Notes: a model not told the origin generated them from the letters alone. A DNA stretch of 64,000 bases from Vitrella brassicaformis CCMP3155 (GCA_001179505.1 CDMY01000260.1:62001-126000); one strand, 5' to 3'; positions 1-12,962 are shown, counted from the first letter of the stretch. Made by a program: numbers and translations.

Positions 1-1129
1 TGGTGGCCAGATGGTGGTCTGCAGTCAACCGAAGAGCAAGTTCCCTCAGTGGTCATCTCGTCACTTCTGTTGCGTCTGAGTACCTGGCGGCTGAGATCGT
101 TGTTGCGTCCAATGAATCCGTCTGCTTCTCGCAACGCAGCTGACTCGTCAACCACTTGACTCTGCAGGCAGCAGGGGAAAAGACACATGGAAGAACTACG
201 CGAATTGTCGTACGTCACGTGTTGTTTCGTTTCCTACCTGCTGGTCGCTGACGCTGTCGCCTTTTCGTGGCGGTACTGGGGGAGACTCGGTGTTACCGTC
301 AGTGCTTGCCGCAGCGACAGGTGGCTCCGAAGACGGCAAAGGACCCTGAGAGGGTAAACATGAATCGTCGAAAGGCGAATCTCTCACTGCGGGCGCTCTG
401 TCTGTCTACCTGCATATCATTGGTAGTGTCAGCAAGGGATGATGCAGGTGAGGCAGACGGCCCGGGAGGATTCTGAAGAGAGAGGGGCACGCAGACAATG
501 AGGGATCGATGAACCCTGGACCTGTGGGACTGACTCGCCGTCTTCCCACCTGCTGGCATCGCTTCCTGAAGGCTTTGACCCATGACTTGGTCCCCTTGAA
601 GCCAATGATGTCCAGCCGACTGGCGATCTCCATCGCCATGGCACGGATGTCCTCTGTAGGGACACTTGTTGGGTTGTCATGGGTGGCCATCCACTGCCGC
701 ATCTCGTTCTCGATCTGCTGGTACTTGGGCGGTGTATGGCGTTTCTTGGTCGGGTCGATGAATGGCATGCCGCCCTCCCTCTGCTTCTCTTCCTGCCGCT
801 TGGCGCCTCTGAGCCAGTTTGCGAAAAGGTAGGGCGGCAAGCGCTTCTCTCTTGCGAAGTCGTCTGCTGTGATCTTCTCTCCGCTCTGCTTGCGCTGGTT
901 GAATTGTTCCACCAAGCGCAGCCGCTCTTCGATAGAGACCTCCTCTTTCCTCCGACGCATCACCTGCAGACACACAAGTGTAAGGCTTAGCCTGTTGGTT
1001 CTCAGAGCAACTGGTGTGTCGAATTGCCAGGGTTATCTGTGAGGATCGTTGACTCGTTGGTCGTGTAGACGACGGGGTTGGAGGGAGGGACCCTGCACGC
1101 CTTGCTGCACCCTGTTTGTTCGTTTGCAT
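1..1129 (-). CDS. CENP-B/pogo(Tc5)-type double HTH DNA-binding protein, multi-exon, runs off the left edge (5' end uncertain)
   Basis: Exon 550-963 (AG/GT bounded, phase 0) encodes VMRRRKEEVSIEERLRLV...FAREKRL..LFANW...PKYQQIENEMRQW...IRAMAMEIASRLDIIGFKGTKSWVKAFRKR. This matches the psq-like HTH + HTH_Tnp_Tc5 pattern (F.GS..W...F..R). Further small in-phase exons follow toward position 1. No DDE domain is visible. Confidence 0.75.
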
Positions 1130-1598
1130 CTCTTTCTGCAAACGAAAATTGCCCAGTTTGACATTGCCAAATGCCGTGTGGGAAGCCTGCTGCCTTAGAG
1201 CACCTGAACGATGGCGATCAAGTGGTCAATCACACGAGAGCTGTCATCGCCGCGTTGGGGACTCCGAGGCGCGGACGCAGCTTCAGGATGCGAGCTTGAC
1301 ATTGAATCAGAGGGGATTGAACTCAATCGAAAGAGCAGATAGCGATGCTGTAGCGGCCGCTGGCACAAGACGCTTCCACGAATCGCCCTTTCCAGCGTTT
1401 TCCGGGCCAGCTTTTCATTGGTGTTGCGGTGGCGGGACCTCGAATTACGGCCGCGACTGGACCCGCAATTACGACCACATGTCCAGTACGTCCAGCGCGT
1501 CGCGCTCTTCCGAAGCACTGAGGATCTCGGTTGGCATTCTTGCTTCCTCGTTGTTGTGTCCGTCCCTCATCGCTCTTTTCGTCTTGCACAATTGAAAG

Positions 1599-2573
1599 AT
1601 GGCGCCCATATGCTTCCGTGGCGGCCGAGGTGGTGGATCCGGCAGAGGTGGTGGCCGCGAGCAGCGTGGCCGTCAGTGCTTCGTCTGCGGGAGCGTCATG
1701 AACCAGCTGCGAAATGGCCGTCGTCGCTGCCCATACCACGACCAACACTTCGCAACGGTCTATCATCAAACACATCCCATCTACTGGACCAGCATCCATG
1801 TGGGTGATGGGTGGGTGAGGCGGGAAAGGCGAGGACGGAGGGGGGGAGGGAGGGAGGGGNNNNNNNNNNNNNNNNNNNNNNNNNNNNNNNNNNNNNNNNN
1901 NNNNNNNNNNNNNNNNNNNNNNNNNNNNNNNNNNNNNNNNNNNNNNNNNNNNNNNNNNNNNNNNNNNNNNNNNNNNNNNNNNNNNNNNNNNNNNNNNNNN
2001 NNNNNNNNNNNNNNNNNNNNNNNNNNNNNNNNNNNNNNNNNNNNNNNNNNNNNNNNNNNNNNNNNNNNNNNNNNNNNNNNNNNNNNNNNNNNNNNNNNNN
2101 NNNNNNNNNNNNNNNNNNNNNNNNNNNNNNNNNNNNNNNNNNNNNNNNNNNNNNNNNNNGGAGGGGGGGAGGGAGGGAGGGGTGTCTCACGTCATGTTGT
2201 ATGTGTGGGTGCTTCGTTCAGAATGGAGGGCGCTTCCATGCGAGCAATGACGGCTACGTCTACGCCTCGCCGACGCCAGAGGACACCTTCAACTATGCTA
2301 CCTACCAGTGAAGACCACACACAGGCACACGGAGCCTCCCGTGCGTGTGGGTGTGTCCTACATGGGTGTGTCCCTCTGTGTGTATGCAGAGGCGTCATCG
2401 TGAAGATATCCATCCGCCGGGCCCACCTTGACTTGTCTTTCAATCAGCCTGGCAAGGTGCGCTTCAGCCCCAACGTCGACTACAACATCGAGGCGTTCGC
2501 TGTCGTGACCAACCAGTGGTCCCTGCCCACTGCCCAGTGGACCAACGTGCACGTCCGCGTCAACCACGTCTGA
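1599..2573 (+). CDS. Small 3-exon protein (156 aa): RGG tract, CxxC..CxxH motif, putative ADP-ribosyltransferase-like fold
   Basis: Exons 1599-1799, 2222-2307 and 2390-2573 join in phase with GT-AG introns. Product: MAPICFRGGRGGGSGRGGGREQRGRQCFVC...CPYH...VYHQTHPIYWTSIHNGGRFHASNDGYVYASPTPEDTFNYATYQGVIVKISI...NIEAFAVV. The first intron contains an N gap. Confidence 0.6.
   Translation: MAPICFRGGRGGGSGRGGGREQRGRQCFVCGSVMNQLRNGRRRCPYHDQHFATVYHQTHPIYWTSIHVGDGWVRRERRGRRGGGREGXXXXXXXXXXXXXXXXXXXXXXXXXXXXXXXXXXXXXXXXXXXXXXXXXXXXXXXXXXXXXXXXXXXXXXXXXXXXXXXXXXXXXXXXXXXXXXXXXXXXGGGEGGRGVSRHVVCVGASFRMEGASMRAMTATSTPRRRQRTPSTMLPTSEDHTQAHGASRACGCVLHGCVPLCVCRGVIVKISIRRAHLDLSFNQPGKVRFSPNVDYNIEAFAVVTNQWSLPTAQWTNVHVRVNHV
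1860..2159. other. Assembly gap (300 N) inside an intron, flanked by G-rich tracts
   Basis: Run of n in the sequence. Confidence 0.99.
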
Positions 2574-3263
2574 CGTGCATGTGACTGCATGGTGGCGGTG
2601 GACTGCGGCTGGCGTGCGTTGCGAGCCACTCAGCCTGGCTAGTACTTCCAGCTCGCCAACGACGCCACAAGACCCCACGTCTCGTCTGAGAGTCCACGGC
2701 GCGGGGCGTGCATGCGTGTGTTATGTCGTGTCATGTCGTTTGCATGTATTCGTGTTAAGTGAGACGTCGTGCTGTGTATGCGCGTTCGTGTGTGATCCGT
2801 CTCTATGCATGGTCACAGACAGTGCACGGAGATGAGACAACAAACGATGCGATCACTTTATCTGAGTGCCCGGTCATGGACAAACAGGTGACAAAGACGA
2901 ACCTCGCATGCCCCTTGGCATAAGTACCCCCCGCCGACACGCACACGCACACAGACGCCGAGATATGAACGTCCAGAGACCGACCTTCACAATATGCGCA
3001 CTCCCGTGGTCCATTCATCCATCCCCCGATTTCTCCCCCCTCTAGTTTGGCGCGTGCACCGGGCAGGGCGCGTGTGTGTCTGGTGCACCGTAACAGCAGC
3101 ACTGGAGAGTTTGTATCAACACATAAGGTCGGTTTACAGCAGCAGCAGCAGCGATACCTGCACTCAGTCGCTCGCTGACGCGATCGGCCCATGCCAGCCA
3201 TAAATGGGATGGCTACCTGTACATATGCTACATGTCTAATTAAGCCCCTGCCCCCTCCTTCCT

Positions 3264-4646
3264 CTAATTCCACATCATGTCAGCCAGCACCTCTCGGCCG
3301 ACACTGCTAGTCACCCATCTATACCTCCTGCCCACCTCTCCTGCCGTCTCCCACACACAATCCTGCAGCAGCCTCCAGAACGCACCCCGGCCGCCCTGAC
3401 GATCAACCACAGCCCACTCGTCCCCCAACACGGCCACCGACATACCAGCAAGACTTGGAGTGACGGCGGCCATGCTCGACTCCTGTTTGTTGTGGTTGAT
3501 GCAGCTGCAGCTGGCCACTGACACGGCGGCGGTATCAGATTGGCTGCGGGTGGGCTGAAGTGGGGGAAGGCCGTGGGGGGCGTGGGGGAAATGGTGTACA
3601 GGGTGTCGGGGGGGCTTGCCGCCGGTGCATGTGATGCGCGAACAGGACTCCTTGAGGAGAGACTTGAACACCTAAGAGACAAGACAAGGCGGACGGACGG
3701 ACGGGAGGATCATTTTCCCTTCTGTGCGGGTCCGTTTGTGTCTTCACATTCTCACCTGGTCGATGAGCTTCATGTCCTCCTCGTACGCCTTGGCATCCTC
3801 CTCCACACGACGACTGCAACGCGCACACACCACCACACAAGAGACATCATGAGACCTCCCTCCTCGTCTTCTGTGTTCTCACATGGCACCAGCCTTCCTC
3901 TGATTATGAGGGAGATTATCGAGCGCCGCGAGCATCCCGCCGCCGTCGCAATGACCGCCGCCCGACGGCCTCGACGGCGAGGGAGTGGCGCTGCGGTGTG
4001 GTCCGGCTCGCCGCTTCCGTGCGCTGCACTGAGCCGCCCCGTGCAGATGATTCAAATGGTCCAGGTCCATCTGCATGGCGCAAAGGGACGCAAGGATGAG
4101 GAAGTGGGTATGTATTCTCTTCCTTCCTGCTGCATGTGTGTGTACTGTACCTGCATGCGACAGCGCAGGTTGGCCACTACTAGGTTCTCATCGGCGTGAA
4201 CGGATCTGAAGTGGGCCAGCCACTCCGCCCACCGCCGGTAGAGGTACTGCCGGTCCCGCTCACGCAGCATCCTCAGAAAGGCCTGGAGATACCTGCACAC
4301 ACACACACACACACACCACACCATCATGATGCATGGCTTGGTTCTTTCCTCCATAGATGTGGAATAGATGTGCGGTTCGCCATCTGGCCCACCCGTCGCC
4401 CATATCGTGCCAGAGAGGCCGGGAGCGCGCGGCGTCCCTCTCGGCCGCCTCAACCATCTGCTGCTCGGCCTTCTTGTGGCGCGTCCACTCATCTGGGTTG
4501 CGGGGAGTGGGACTTGACTTATTCCGAGCCGCCGCCTCGAAGGCAGCCTTTCTGTCGGACACTATGCCGTGAGGATCATACTCAAAATACAAAAATGGGC
4601 GGGACGGCAGCACGCTGCGGCTCCTCCCATCACCATACTGATGCAT
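3264..4646 (-). CDS. Hypothetical multi-exon protein
   Basis: Coding-like exons separated by TG-rich GT-AG introns: MHQYGDGR...NQAMHHDG / YLQAFLRMLRERDRQ...CRMQ / MDLDHLNH...KAGAM / VEEDAKAYEEDMKLIDQ / VFKSLLKESCSRITC...VLADMMWN*. No family recognised. Confidence 0.55.
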
Positions 4647-4733
4647 CCCCAATAGGGATGCGCCGGGCCAGATCGCTAGTGTAAATCCTGAAGTCTGCCC
4701 TGAGGTTCTTTTGCGTGCATCTCCTCTGCCGCG

Positions 4734-6678
4734 ATGGACTTCATCAATTTGGTTAAGCGCCTGAATGAGATCGAGACCCGCAACAGGCAGCTCGAGTTCC
4801 AGATCTCGAGTGAGCAGTCGGTGGCGGGCACACATGACAAGACCCTCGAGGAGCTCAAGCACAAGATTGACGCCGCAGAGAAGCGACAGGCGGCCCTCGC
4901 AGACGGCAACCGCAGCCTCAGGGTGCAGCTGGAGGAACGCAGAAACCTCAACAACAGCCTAGAGAACGTTGCGCTCAAGTGAAGGGGGGGGNNNNNNNNN
5001 NNNNNNNNNNNNNNNNNNNNNNNNNNNNNNNNNNNNNNNNNNNNNNNNNNNNNNNNNNNNNNNNNNNNNNNNNNNNNNNNNNNNNNNNNNNNNNNNNNNN
5101 NNNNNNNNNNNNNNNNNNNNNNNNNNNNNNNNNNNNNNNNNNNNNNNNNNNNNNNNNNNNNNNNNNNNNNNNNNNNNNNNNNNNNNNNNNNNNNNNNNNN
5201 NNNNNNNNNNNNNNNNNNNNNNNNNNNNNNNNNNNNNNNNNNNNNNNNNNNNNNNNNNNNNNNNNNNNNNNNNNNNNNNNNNNNNNNNNNNGGCAATGGA
5301 TGGATGGATGGACGGATGGATGGATGCGGTGTGTGTGTGTGTGCAGTGCGGCTCAGGAGATTGACGTGCTTGAGGACAGCTATGAGCGCAAGAACAAACA
5401 CAACGACGACAAACAGGCTGTTCTCGAGCAGAAAATGGTCAGTCAGCATCATGATGCAACAAAAACACCCACAGACCCATCCATCCACCATCCTCTCCTC
5501 AATTGTCTCTCTGTCGCTCCTTCATTCATTCATTCATTCGCTCATTCGATCAGCACGGTGTCAAGAAGTCGGTGGGTCGTGTGCGCGCCTACATGAAGCG
5601 CCGCAGCGACACCGTCGGGCAGCACATGATCCACGGCCGCCATGAGGGGGATGAGGAAGTGGGCGAGGAGGAGCTCGAGGAGGGGGAGAGGGAGAGCGAG
5701 ATCGACGCGGCCAAGAAGGCGCACAAGGACGACCCCGAGCACATCGAGAAGCAGCTCTCCATGTGTCTCGAGAGTATCCGGCACATGGAAACGCTGCTCG
5801 CACAGAGACAGCAGGAGTGAGTGAGTGCGTCGCCTCAGCACACTACACAGCACACATAACACACAACACACTGATGGATGGATGGATGCTATTGGATGCC
5901 CTCAACCCCCCTCCCTCTCCCTCTCTCTCTCCCTGCGTCTCTCAGGTTTGACGATGCCGTCCGCCGTGACCGCGAGAATGCGCTCAAGCGTGAGCAGAAC
6001 GAGAAGCAGCGACGCGAGAAGCAGACACAGCAGCAGCAGAAACAGAAGGATAAGGACGCGGAGGCGGCCGGCGGCGATGGTGGGGGTGAGGGTGAGGGTA
6101 AGGGTAAGGACGACGGGCTGCCCGACGACCTGGGTGAGCTGACGGCCATGTACGAGAAGTTCATGTCGGCCGAGGCACAGCAGCAGCGCACCAAAGAGCT
6201 GGCCGCTCTGCAGGTGCGGTCGGTGCCTGCGGGGAGTGCCTGTAGCGGCGCTGCAAGACTCCATCCATCGTGTGTGTGTGTGTGTGTGTGTGACAGGTTC
6301 AGGCGGAGGATGGCAGCCGCACGTTGGAGGAGCACAAGGCATACCTCACACAGACGCAGGAAGGTGGGCTAAACACTTACTGCTCAGCAACGGTGTGGTG
6401 TGAGTGATGTGGTGGTCTGTCTGCCACGCGTGGTGTGCAGAGTGCGATGAGATGGACACTCTGCTGGCACAGCCGCTGTGCTTTGTGTGCATCCAGCAGC
6501 AGCCACAAGACGAAAACATGACAATGGACGTTCAGGTGCGGCGAGGGAAGACAATGGGATGGATAATGGGATGGATGGATGGATGCACGTGTGTGTGTGT
6601 GATGTGTGTTGTCTGTCTGTGTTGCGTGTGCAGGAGGGTGAGGGTACGGGCGACGGAGGAGTGGAGCAGACGACATGA
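4734..6678 (+). CDS. Coiled-coil hypothetical protein, multi-exon
   Basis: Heptad-rich E/K/Q exons: MDFINLVKRLNEIETRNRQLEFQ..., QEIDVLEDSYERK..., FDDAVRRDRENALKREQNEK..., ending EGEGTGDGGVEQTT*. Canonical splice sites. Confidence 0.65.
4992..5291. other. Assembly gap (300 N) inside an intron
   Basis: Run of n. Confidence 0.99.
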
Positions 6679-7079
6679 ATGAAATTAGTGGCGATCTGAT
6701 CTCTAAACACACACGACAGATCAAACCATATCAGAACAGATCGGATTGATCAGAACAGATGCAGCGCACCGACAGACACGGAACAGGCCAGGCCCCCCCA
6801 CCCTCCATACGTCCAATCGTCAGATCGATCAGCATCCATCGCATGTATGCTATGCGTGTCTGTGCGTACCGTACGGCTGACAGACAGACAGACGGACAGA
6901 TGAGCGCGGTTGGTGTGCTGTGTGCTCTGTGTGCTCTGAGTGGTCAGTTGACCCTCCATCTGTGTGAGCGTTCAATGAGTGACGTCTACCGATACACACT
7001 GACTGACCACACCGTCCGCCGATTGACTGATTAAGTAATCCCCACGTCCGTCCAATGCACACACATCGACCGACATCAC

Positions 7080-8415
7080 TTAGTTGGGGTTGTTGTGGGC
7101 GTAGTACCGCTCGAACGATCGCCTGCCATGTGATGATGGGCACACATAGCAGACCACAGCACAACCAACAGCCGTGAATTGGTCCCTCTCTCTGTCACAC
7201 GGCACGCACACTGACGGACTCACTTGAGGAAGTCGCCGAAGGTCTGGCCGTCGACCCACCTCTCCGCCAGAGGGGGCACCTGCACAATACACACACACAC
7301 ACACACACACAAACGGCTGAGCGGTCGTCATGCAGTCTGCCTGCCTCTCGGTGGCTCGCCTTTTCTGAGGGCTTCTCTGGTCCGATGACGTCAGCTGGTG
7401 ATGTGCCGGAGGGGGGCGACATGCAGTCGTCCCAATTGGGCTCCATGAAGAGGGCCAAGCTCTCCCTGAGAGAGAGCCTCATAGAGAGGGATGGAGTGGA
7501 GGCATCATGATGTGTGTGTGTAGGTACCTGCACGTGTTTGGTGTGGGCGGTGCGCTGACGCAGTGCGGCGTCGCAGCCAAACATCCGCCCTAAATGGCAT
7601 GGTGACAGAGAGAAGGATGGACCGCTATGCTATGCTAGGTGTGGCGGCCTCAGTCTAGTCGCTTGCCTTACCGTGTGTATCTGTGAGGCCTCTCCGATCT
7701 GGAAGCCAATGCACTCCTCGCCCATCGACACCTGACGGGACGGACCCAACGACACACAGAATGCACGTGTGGCTCCCTCCGGCCCCCACCCACATGGGCT
7801 CACACACCTGCTGTATGCAGCCATCGCGCCTTTCGACGAGCAGCCCGGCTTTTGTATTGCCGCATGGGTCGGATTTGGGTGCGGCGGCAGCTGGGGAGGG
7901 CACCACCTCGCCTGTGACGTCATCGATGAAGATGGCCGGACACAGGGCCGTGATCGTGCTGATGGACAGTACACACAGACACACACACATGCATAGCAAT
8001 GGGTGCGTGGCTATGACTTGCCTGTTGTCGTTGTGCCAGCCGCACCAGGACGCCTCCAGCCCATTGGCATCGCTCTGGCCACATGAGGCCTGCTGCTGCT
8101 GCAGGGGGAAGTAGTGCAGCAGGCGACCCACCATCAGGTGAGACCGACGCAGCCTGACCCACACACACACGCACACTCAGCCCCCCCTCTCTCTCTCTCT
8201 TTGTTGCCACTCACGTGGCTTCAAGTCGATCAGGTGGGTATGACGGAGTGCACTTTGCCACATAGCGGTCGCACTGCTTGATGACGAGCATGCCGACTCG
8301 ATGCATCAGCTGCCCCAGCGCCCTGGCCTTCTCCCGCAGCTCATGCAAGGGATGACCCTCCACACACTCAGGCTGCAGCCATCCCATCCACCACACCCAC
8401 ACACAGACGCTATCG

Positions 8416-8452
<37 letters not shown>

Positions 8453-9267
8453 ATGTGTTTGGTTCTGCGACGATAGGGTATCTCTCCTTGGTGCTTCGCA
8501 GCTCCTCTGCGGACCTGCCGGTGTCAGCGCTCCATGCGTCGAGGGGCGACTCGTGGATGGGGTTGAAGTAGAACGACGCCTTGGCTGCATGCGTGAGTCA
8601 CATACACACACACACACACGGGGGGCGAGGGAGAGGGAGAGAGAGAGACCGTGGGTGGGTGTGAGCTGCACTCACACACGTCCGTCCTGACCTGTGTCTG
8701 GTCTGCCCTTGAATTTCTCCCTCCCACATGAGTACCTACATGATATCGCCAACACAGCCGATGTGTTGTGTTGCCACACCCTCCCTCCCAGACACGCCAG
8801 CCCTTCTCACACCGCTCACCCGACGCAGTAGTGTGTAGAGGGTCTCTCCAGTTTCTGCAGCTCCTCTGGCGGAAGCCTAGACAGAAGGCGGGCCTGCACA
8901 CTCGGACACACACAGACACACACACACAGAATACACACAGAATACACAAAGGGATAGCCCCACACGCACCAGTTTGAGCGTCTTGTGGCGCAGATTCCTC
9001 ATCTCTTGGACACCAGTCACCACGAGAAGGCCTGCCAACACCGACACAGGCAGCATGGCCATGCATGGCATCACACAACAAATGATCGAACTCATCTCGT
9101 CAGTGCACTCTCTCTCCAGCGCATGGTTCCCCTTCTGTGCTCTCCTGTGCAGACGGCGCATGCAAGTCCTCACCGATGCCATCTCTGCCGAAGGCCCGGC
9201 CTACGGCATCCGACAGATCTTTGCCAGCAATCAGATCCTCATAGGAAAGGGATTCGATGACCGCCAT
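7080..9267 (-). CDS. 2-oxoglutarate/Fe(II)-dependent dioxygenase (IPNS/DIOX-like), multi-exon
   Basis: Spliced product MAVIESLSYEDLIAGKDLSDAVGRAFGRDGIGLLVVTGV...GYSCGREKFKGRPDT..SFYFNP...GRLLHYFP...WCGWHND (HxD)...GFQIGEASQIH.GG.LAATPHCV (distal His)...RESLALFMEP...RSFERYYAHNNPN*. Confidence 0.85.
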
Positions 9268-9507
9268 GGCGAATACGAGAGGCGAGTCGCCTGCGAGCCG
9301 AGCGAGGTAATGGACGGATCGTTTCTCTAACCCGTTCCCCCGACGGGGGGGACCTCGTCGGACTCCGAGCAGCTCACGAACAGTAGCGGACCACCGATGT
9401 GTGCCTCAATGCCTTCATCTGGTCCCTCTCTCTATCGCTTTCCTTGAGTCTGCAGGCGCTCTGCTGACCTGATTCGTTCGCCGTGTGACACAATAATTAT
9501 CCATGCG

Positions 9508-12500
9508 ATGGCGTCGGCAGACAGCAAGGATAGCAAGGACGTCAGGGCCATCGTGCTGGAATGCCTCACGGCAGACCCCGCCATGGGCACCAAAGTCAAG
9601 CAGGGCGCCTCGGACATCGCCGCACTCAGCCACGACATCGCACAGAAGGCCATGGACAGCAAAGCGAGCAGCAAAGCCCCTCCCACTACCACCAACAAGG
9701 CGACCATTGTGAGGCCGGCTGCTGAGGCGCCAGTAGCTGCCACCACGCCGCCCGCGGCTGTGTGTGCGCCTGGCGGTCCCAGCTGGTATTTGCTTGTGCG
9801 GCTCAAGGGGGGCAAGGCGTTCGTGGATTATCTGGAGGTGCAGGACTTCCCTGACTCAGTGTTCGTGTTGCACCTGGTACGCACACACGGTCGCATGCAC
9901 CTGCCTGGATCTGTGTGTGGGTGGCTGTCGTCAGTCTTTCTGGGACCAGCGGTTTCGCTCCAAGCCGACAGCGATCCGTTCAGAGCCCAAGTTTGACGAC
10001 CACTTCTTCCTTGAGCTGCCCGAGCTGCAGCGGTCGCCGTTGACGACCTTGCTGGGCAAGAAACTCCCACTGCACTTCGTGGTAAGTGAGACGCGCCACC
10101 ACACCACAGAACACACGTCTGATCGGAAGCTTAAGCACGCCGCACCCCCTCCCCTGTCGCCCATCTCTGACCATCTAAGGGTCCCCATACACTCATGTGT
10201 GTCGTGCGTGTGTGTGTACCTGTGTATGTGTGTGTTAGATCACTCGCGAGGACCCCTACAGTGCACACAAGACACGGGCAGCACCGACAGATGGCGAGAG
10301 TGTGGCTGGGGGCTCTGGTGCCAGCGAGGCCGGGCACTTTTATCGGTCGACCGTCATCGCATCACAGCCTGTGGACTGGAGGGAAGTGCTGTGCAAAGGT
10401 GACGGACTGACTGACTGACTGAGGCCATGAATCCATGTCGCCCAAATCTCTCTTTTTGCACCTCTGCGTGTGTGTGTGTGTGTGTGTGGCTGTGGCTGTG
10501 CAGGTCAGATGACGCTGGCGATAGAGTTGCGTGGCGTAGGGGAGAAGGCGCAGCTGAACCTGGGGTTGCTGCTGGTGGAGCTGTCGATAGTGCCGCAGGT
10601 GTCCGACGGTGGCGATGGGGATCCGGAGCTGCTGCAGACGAGGGAGGTGGAAACACAACTCTCACTGGAGCTCAACAGAAGGTGCGCGCCCAGCCACCAT
10701 CCATCCATCCTCCCTCCCTCCCTCCCTCCACCCACCCACCNNNNNNNNNNNNNNNNNNNNNNNNNNNNNNNNNNNNNNNNNNNNNNNNNNNNNNNNNNNN
10801 NNNNNNNNNNNNNNNNNNNNNNNNNNNNNNNNNNNNNNNNNNNNNNNNNNNNNNNNNNNNNNNNNNNNNNNNNNNNNNNNNNNNNNNNNNNNNNNNNNNN
10901 NNNNNNNNNNNNNNNNNNNNNNNNNNNNNNNNNNNNNNNNNNNNNNNNNNNNNNNNNNNNNNNNNNNNNNNNNNNNNNNNNNNNNNNNNNNNNNNNNNNN
11001 NNNNNNNNNNNNNNNNNNNNNNNNNNNNNNNNNNNNNNNNCCCACCCACACTCGTGCCATTCTCGGTTCATCAGGTCGGAGCAGCACCGCGCCTTCTTCG
11101 AGCTGACCGACAAGTGGTGGCGGGCCTACTGCGCCATGCACCCATCATTCGACCAGCGACTCGTCAAGCTCAGTGCCGAGAACGAGAACAGAGTTTACTT
11201 CCCCGTGACGTCGTTCCTCGCCCCCTGCCTGGCCAGCGATGGTGGGACGGGGGGAAGGGACGGCTTGGCGGCACTCATCAGCACGCACATCGATACGCCG
11301 TACCAGGCGGCTCGGTTCGTGTCGCTGTTCAGGGACGAAGAACTGGTGAGTGGTGTGGACGGATGGACGGATGGATGGATGGATTAGTTTGCTCACGTGG
11401 TGTGTGCGGTGTGTGTGGTGTGTGTGGTGTGCAGCGGTCGAGCGCAAGCCACTGCGCCTGTGACGTCTGGCACACACTGCCGGCTGTGCTTGCGCGGGGA
11501 CGGGCCACGACAGCGGAGCGGGCACTGCTGCTGTGCAGCCTCCTCTTAGGCTTTGCTATGGATGCATGGGTCGCCATCGGTACACACACACACGCACACA
11601 CGCACACACAGACGCGCGTGTCGATGTGTGTCGCATTCAGGACTGGAGAGCGATGGCCGGGCCCATCTGTGGGTCATCACACGAGAGTGGAAGGCTGACC
11701 TCAGGCACGGCACTCACTGGGAGCCAGCCACAGGTGGGTGAATGACACACATACACACCCACGCCACACCACACGCACATCGCACATGTGACTGCTGTGG
11801 CTGTCGTCCATGCCATGCAGGTGACCGGTATCACTCGAGCGACCCCCACCTGGCGTCCCTCTACCCCGCCATCCACTGCGTCTTCAACCGCTCGGCCCTC
11901 TACGCCAACTGCCAGCTCGACGACCGCCCCTCCGCCACTCATCTGGCATTCGAGGAGGACCCCGCCGCGTGGCACCCCCTGACTGCACCCCTAGTCACCG
12001 CACCCGCACTGAGGTCCGTCCGTGCAGAACACTCAATGGATGGATCGATGCACCTGGACGTCTGGATGTGTGTCTGTGTCTGTGTGTGTGGGTGTGTTTG
12101 TCTGTTGGTCTGTCAGGATGTACACCGAGGAGGGGCCGTCGATGGGTCAGGGCGGGTCGGCTGTGATGGGCCGAGGTCCTGGTGTGACAGACTTGGCGTT
12201 GAGGAGCTGGTGGCGGGCTGACAAGGGCGAGCCAGGCACCTTCTGCAGATCGACGCTGACAGAGGAACGGGTGAGCCGTCGAGAATACCCACTCCCCTCC
12301 CCTCTCTCCCTTTCCACGCGTGTGTTGTGTGTTGAATCAATCAATCATTAGGTGGAGAGCTACCTGTGCGGTTGCATCGCCGACTACCGTCGGGCGACTG
12401 TCAAGGCTGATACGGTGTTCGACCCTTTGCTGCGACACCTGCTGTCGACCCCCCTCTACTCATACGAGCTGACAGCCCATGTGCCCGAGCTGGACGCGAG

Positions 12501-12962
12501 CAGCGCCATGAGGGCCGGCAGACCGCCCCCAGCCAAAGACCACGCCAGGTGCTTCCAGGTCAGTCTGTTGTCAGTGGTCAGTGCAGTGGAACAACATAAC
12601 TGTGCCTTTGAAACAATCGCTGTGTCATCAGGACGTGATCAAGGGCGTGTGCGGGCACGAGTCGGTCTTCAAGGTACGTCACTCCAACGCATTAGGTCTT
12701 TCTGTCTCATGTCTCATGTCTCACTTATCCGCGTGTGTGTGTGTGTGTGTGTGTCACACAGGGTCTGCCGCTGTCGTTTCCGCACGCCGAATCGCGTCTG
12801 TTCTTCCCGACGTTCCTCGGCCACCCGGAGGGCCGCGCCATCCTCGACTTGCCAGTGGGTGGGGCCAAGGCCCTCTACGCCGTCAAATGCCGCATATTCA
12901 GATACCCAGAGGACATCCTGGCCGTGCGGGTCATGATCGCTGTCAGGCACCATGTCGACTGA
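9508..12962 (+). CDS. CEP76: Centrosomal protein CEP76-like (C2 + transglutaminase-like region)
   Basis: YLLVRLKGGKAFVDYL, FWDQRFRSKP....EPKFDDHFFLEL, KWWRAYCAMHPSFDQRLVKLSAENEN..YFPVTSFLAP, HIDTPYQAARFVSL, RALLLCSLLLGFAMDAWVAIG, AHLWVITR, C-terminal FRYPEDILAVRVMIAV all match recalled CEP76 motifs. Confidence 0.85.
10741..11040. other. Assembly gap (300 N) inside a CEP76 intron
   Basis: Run of n. Confidence 0.99.

Noticed and set aside
2803-3273. ORF with CCCCC and CAYC, considered as a zinc finger or frameshifted continuation of the upstream gene
   Set aside because: The Cys run comes from a (CAG)n microsatellite; no start context or family motif
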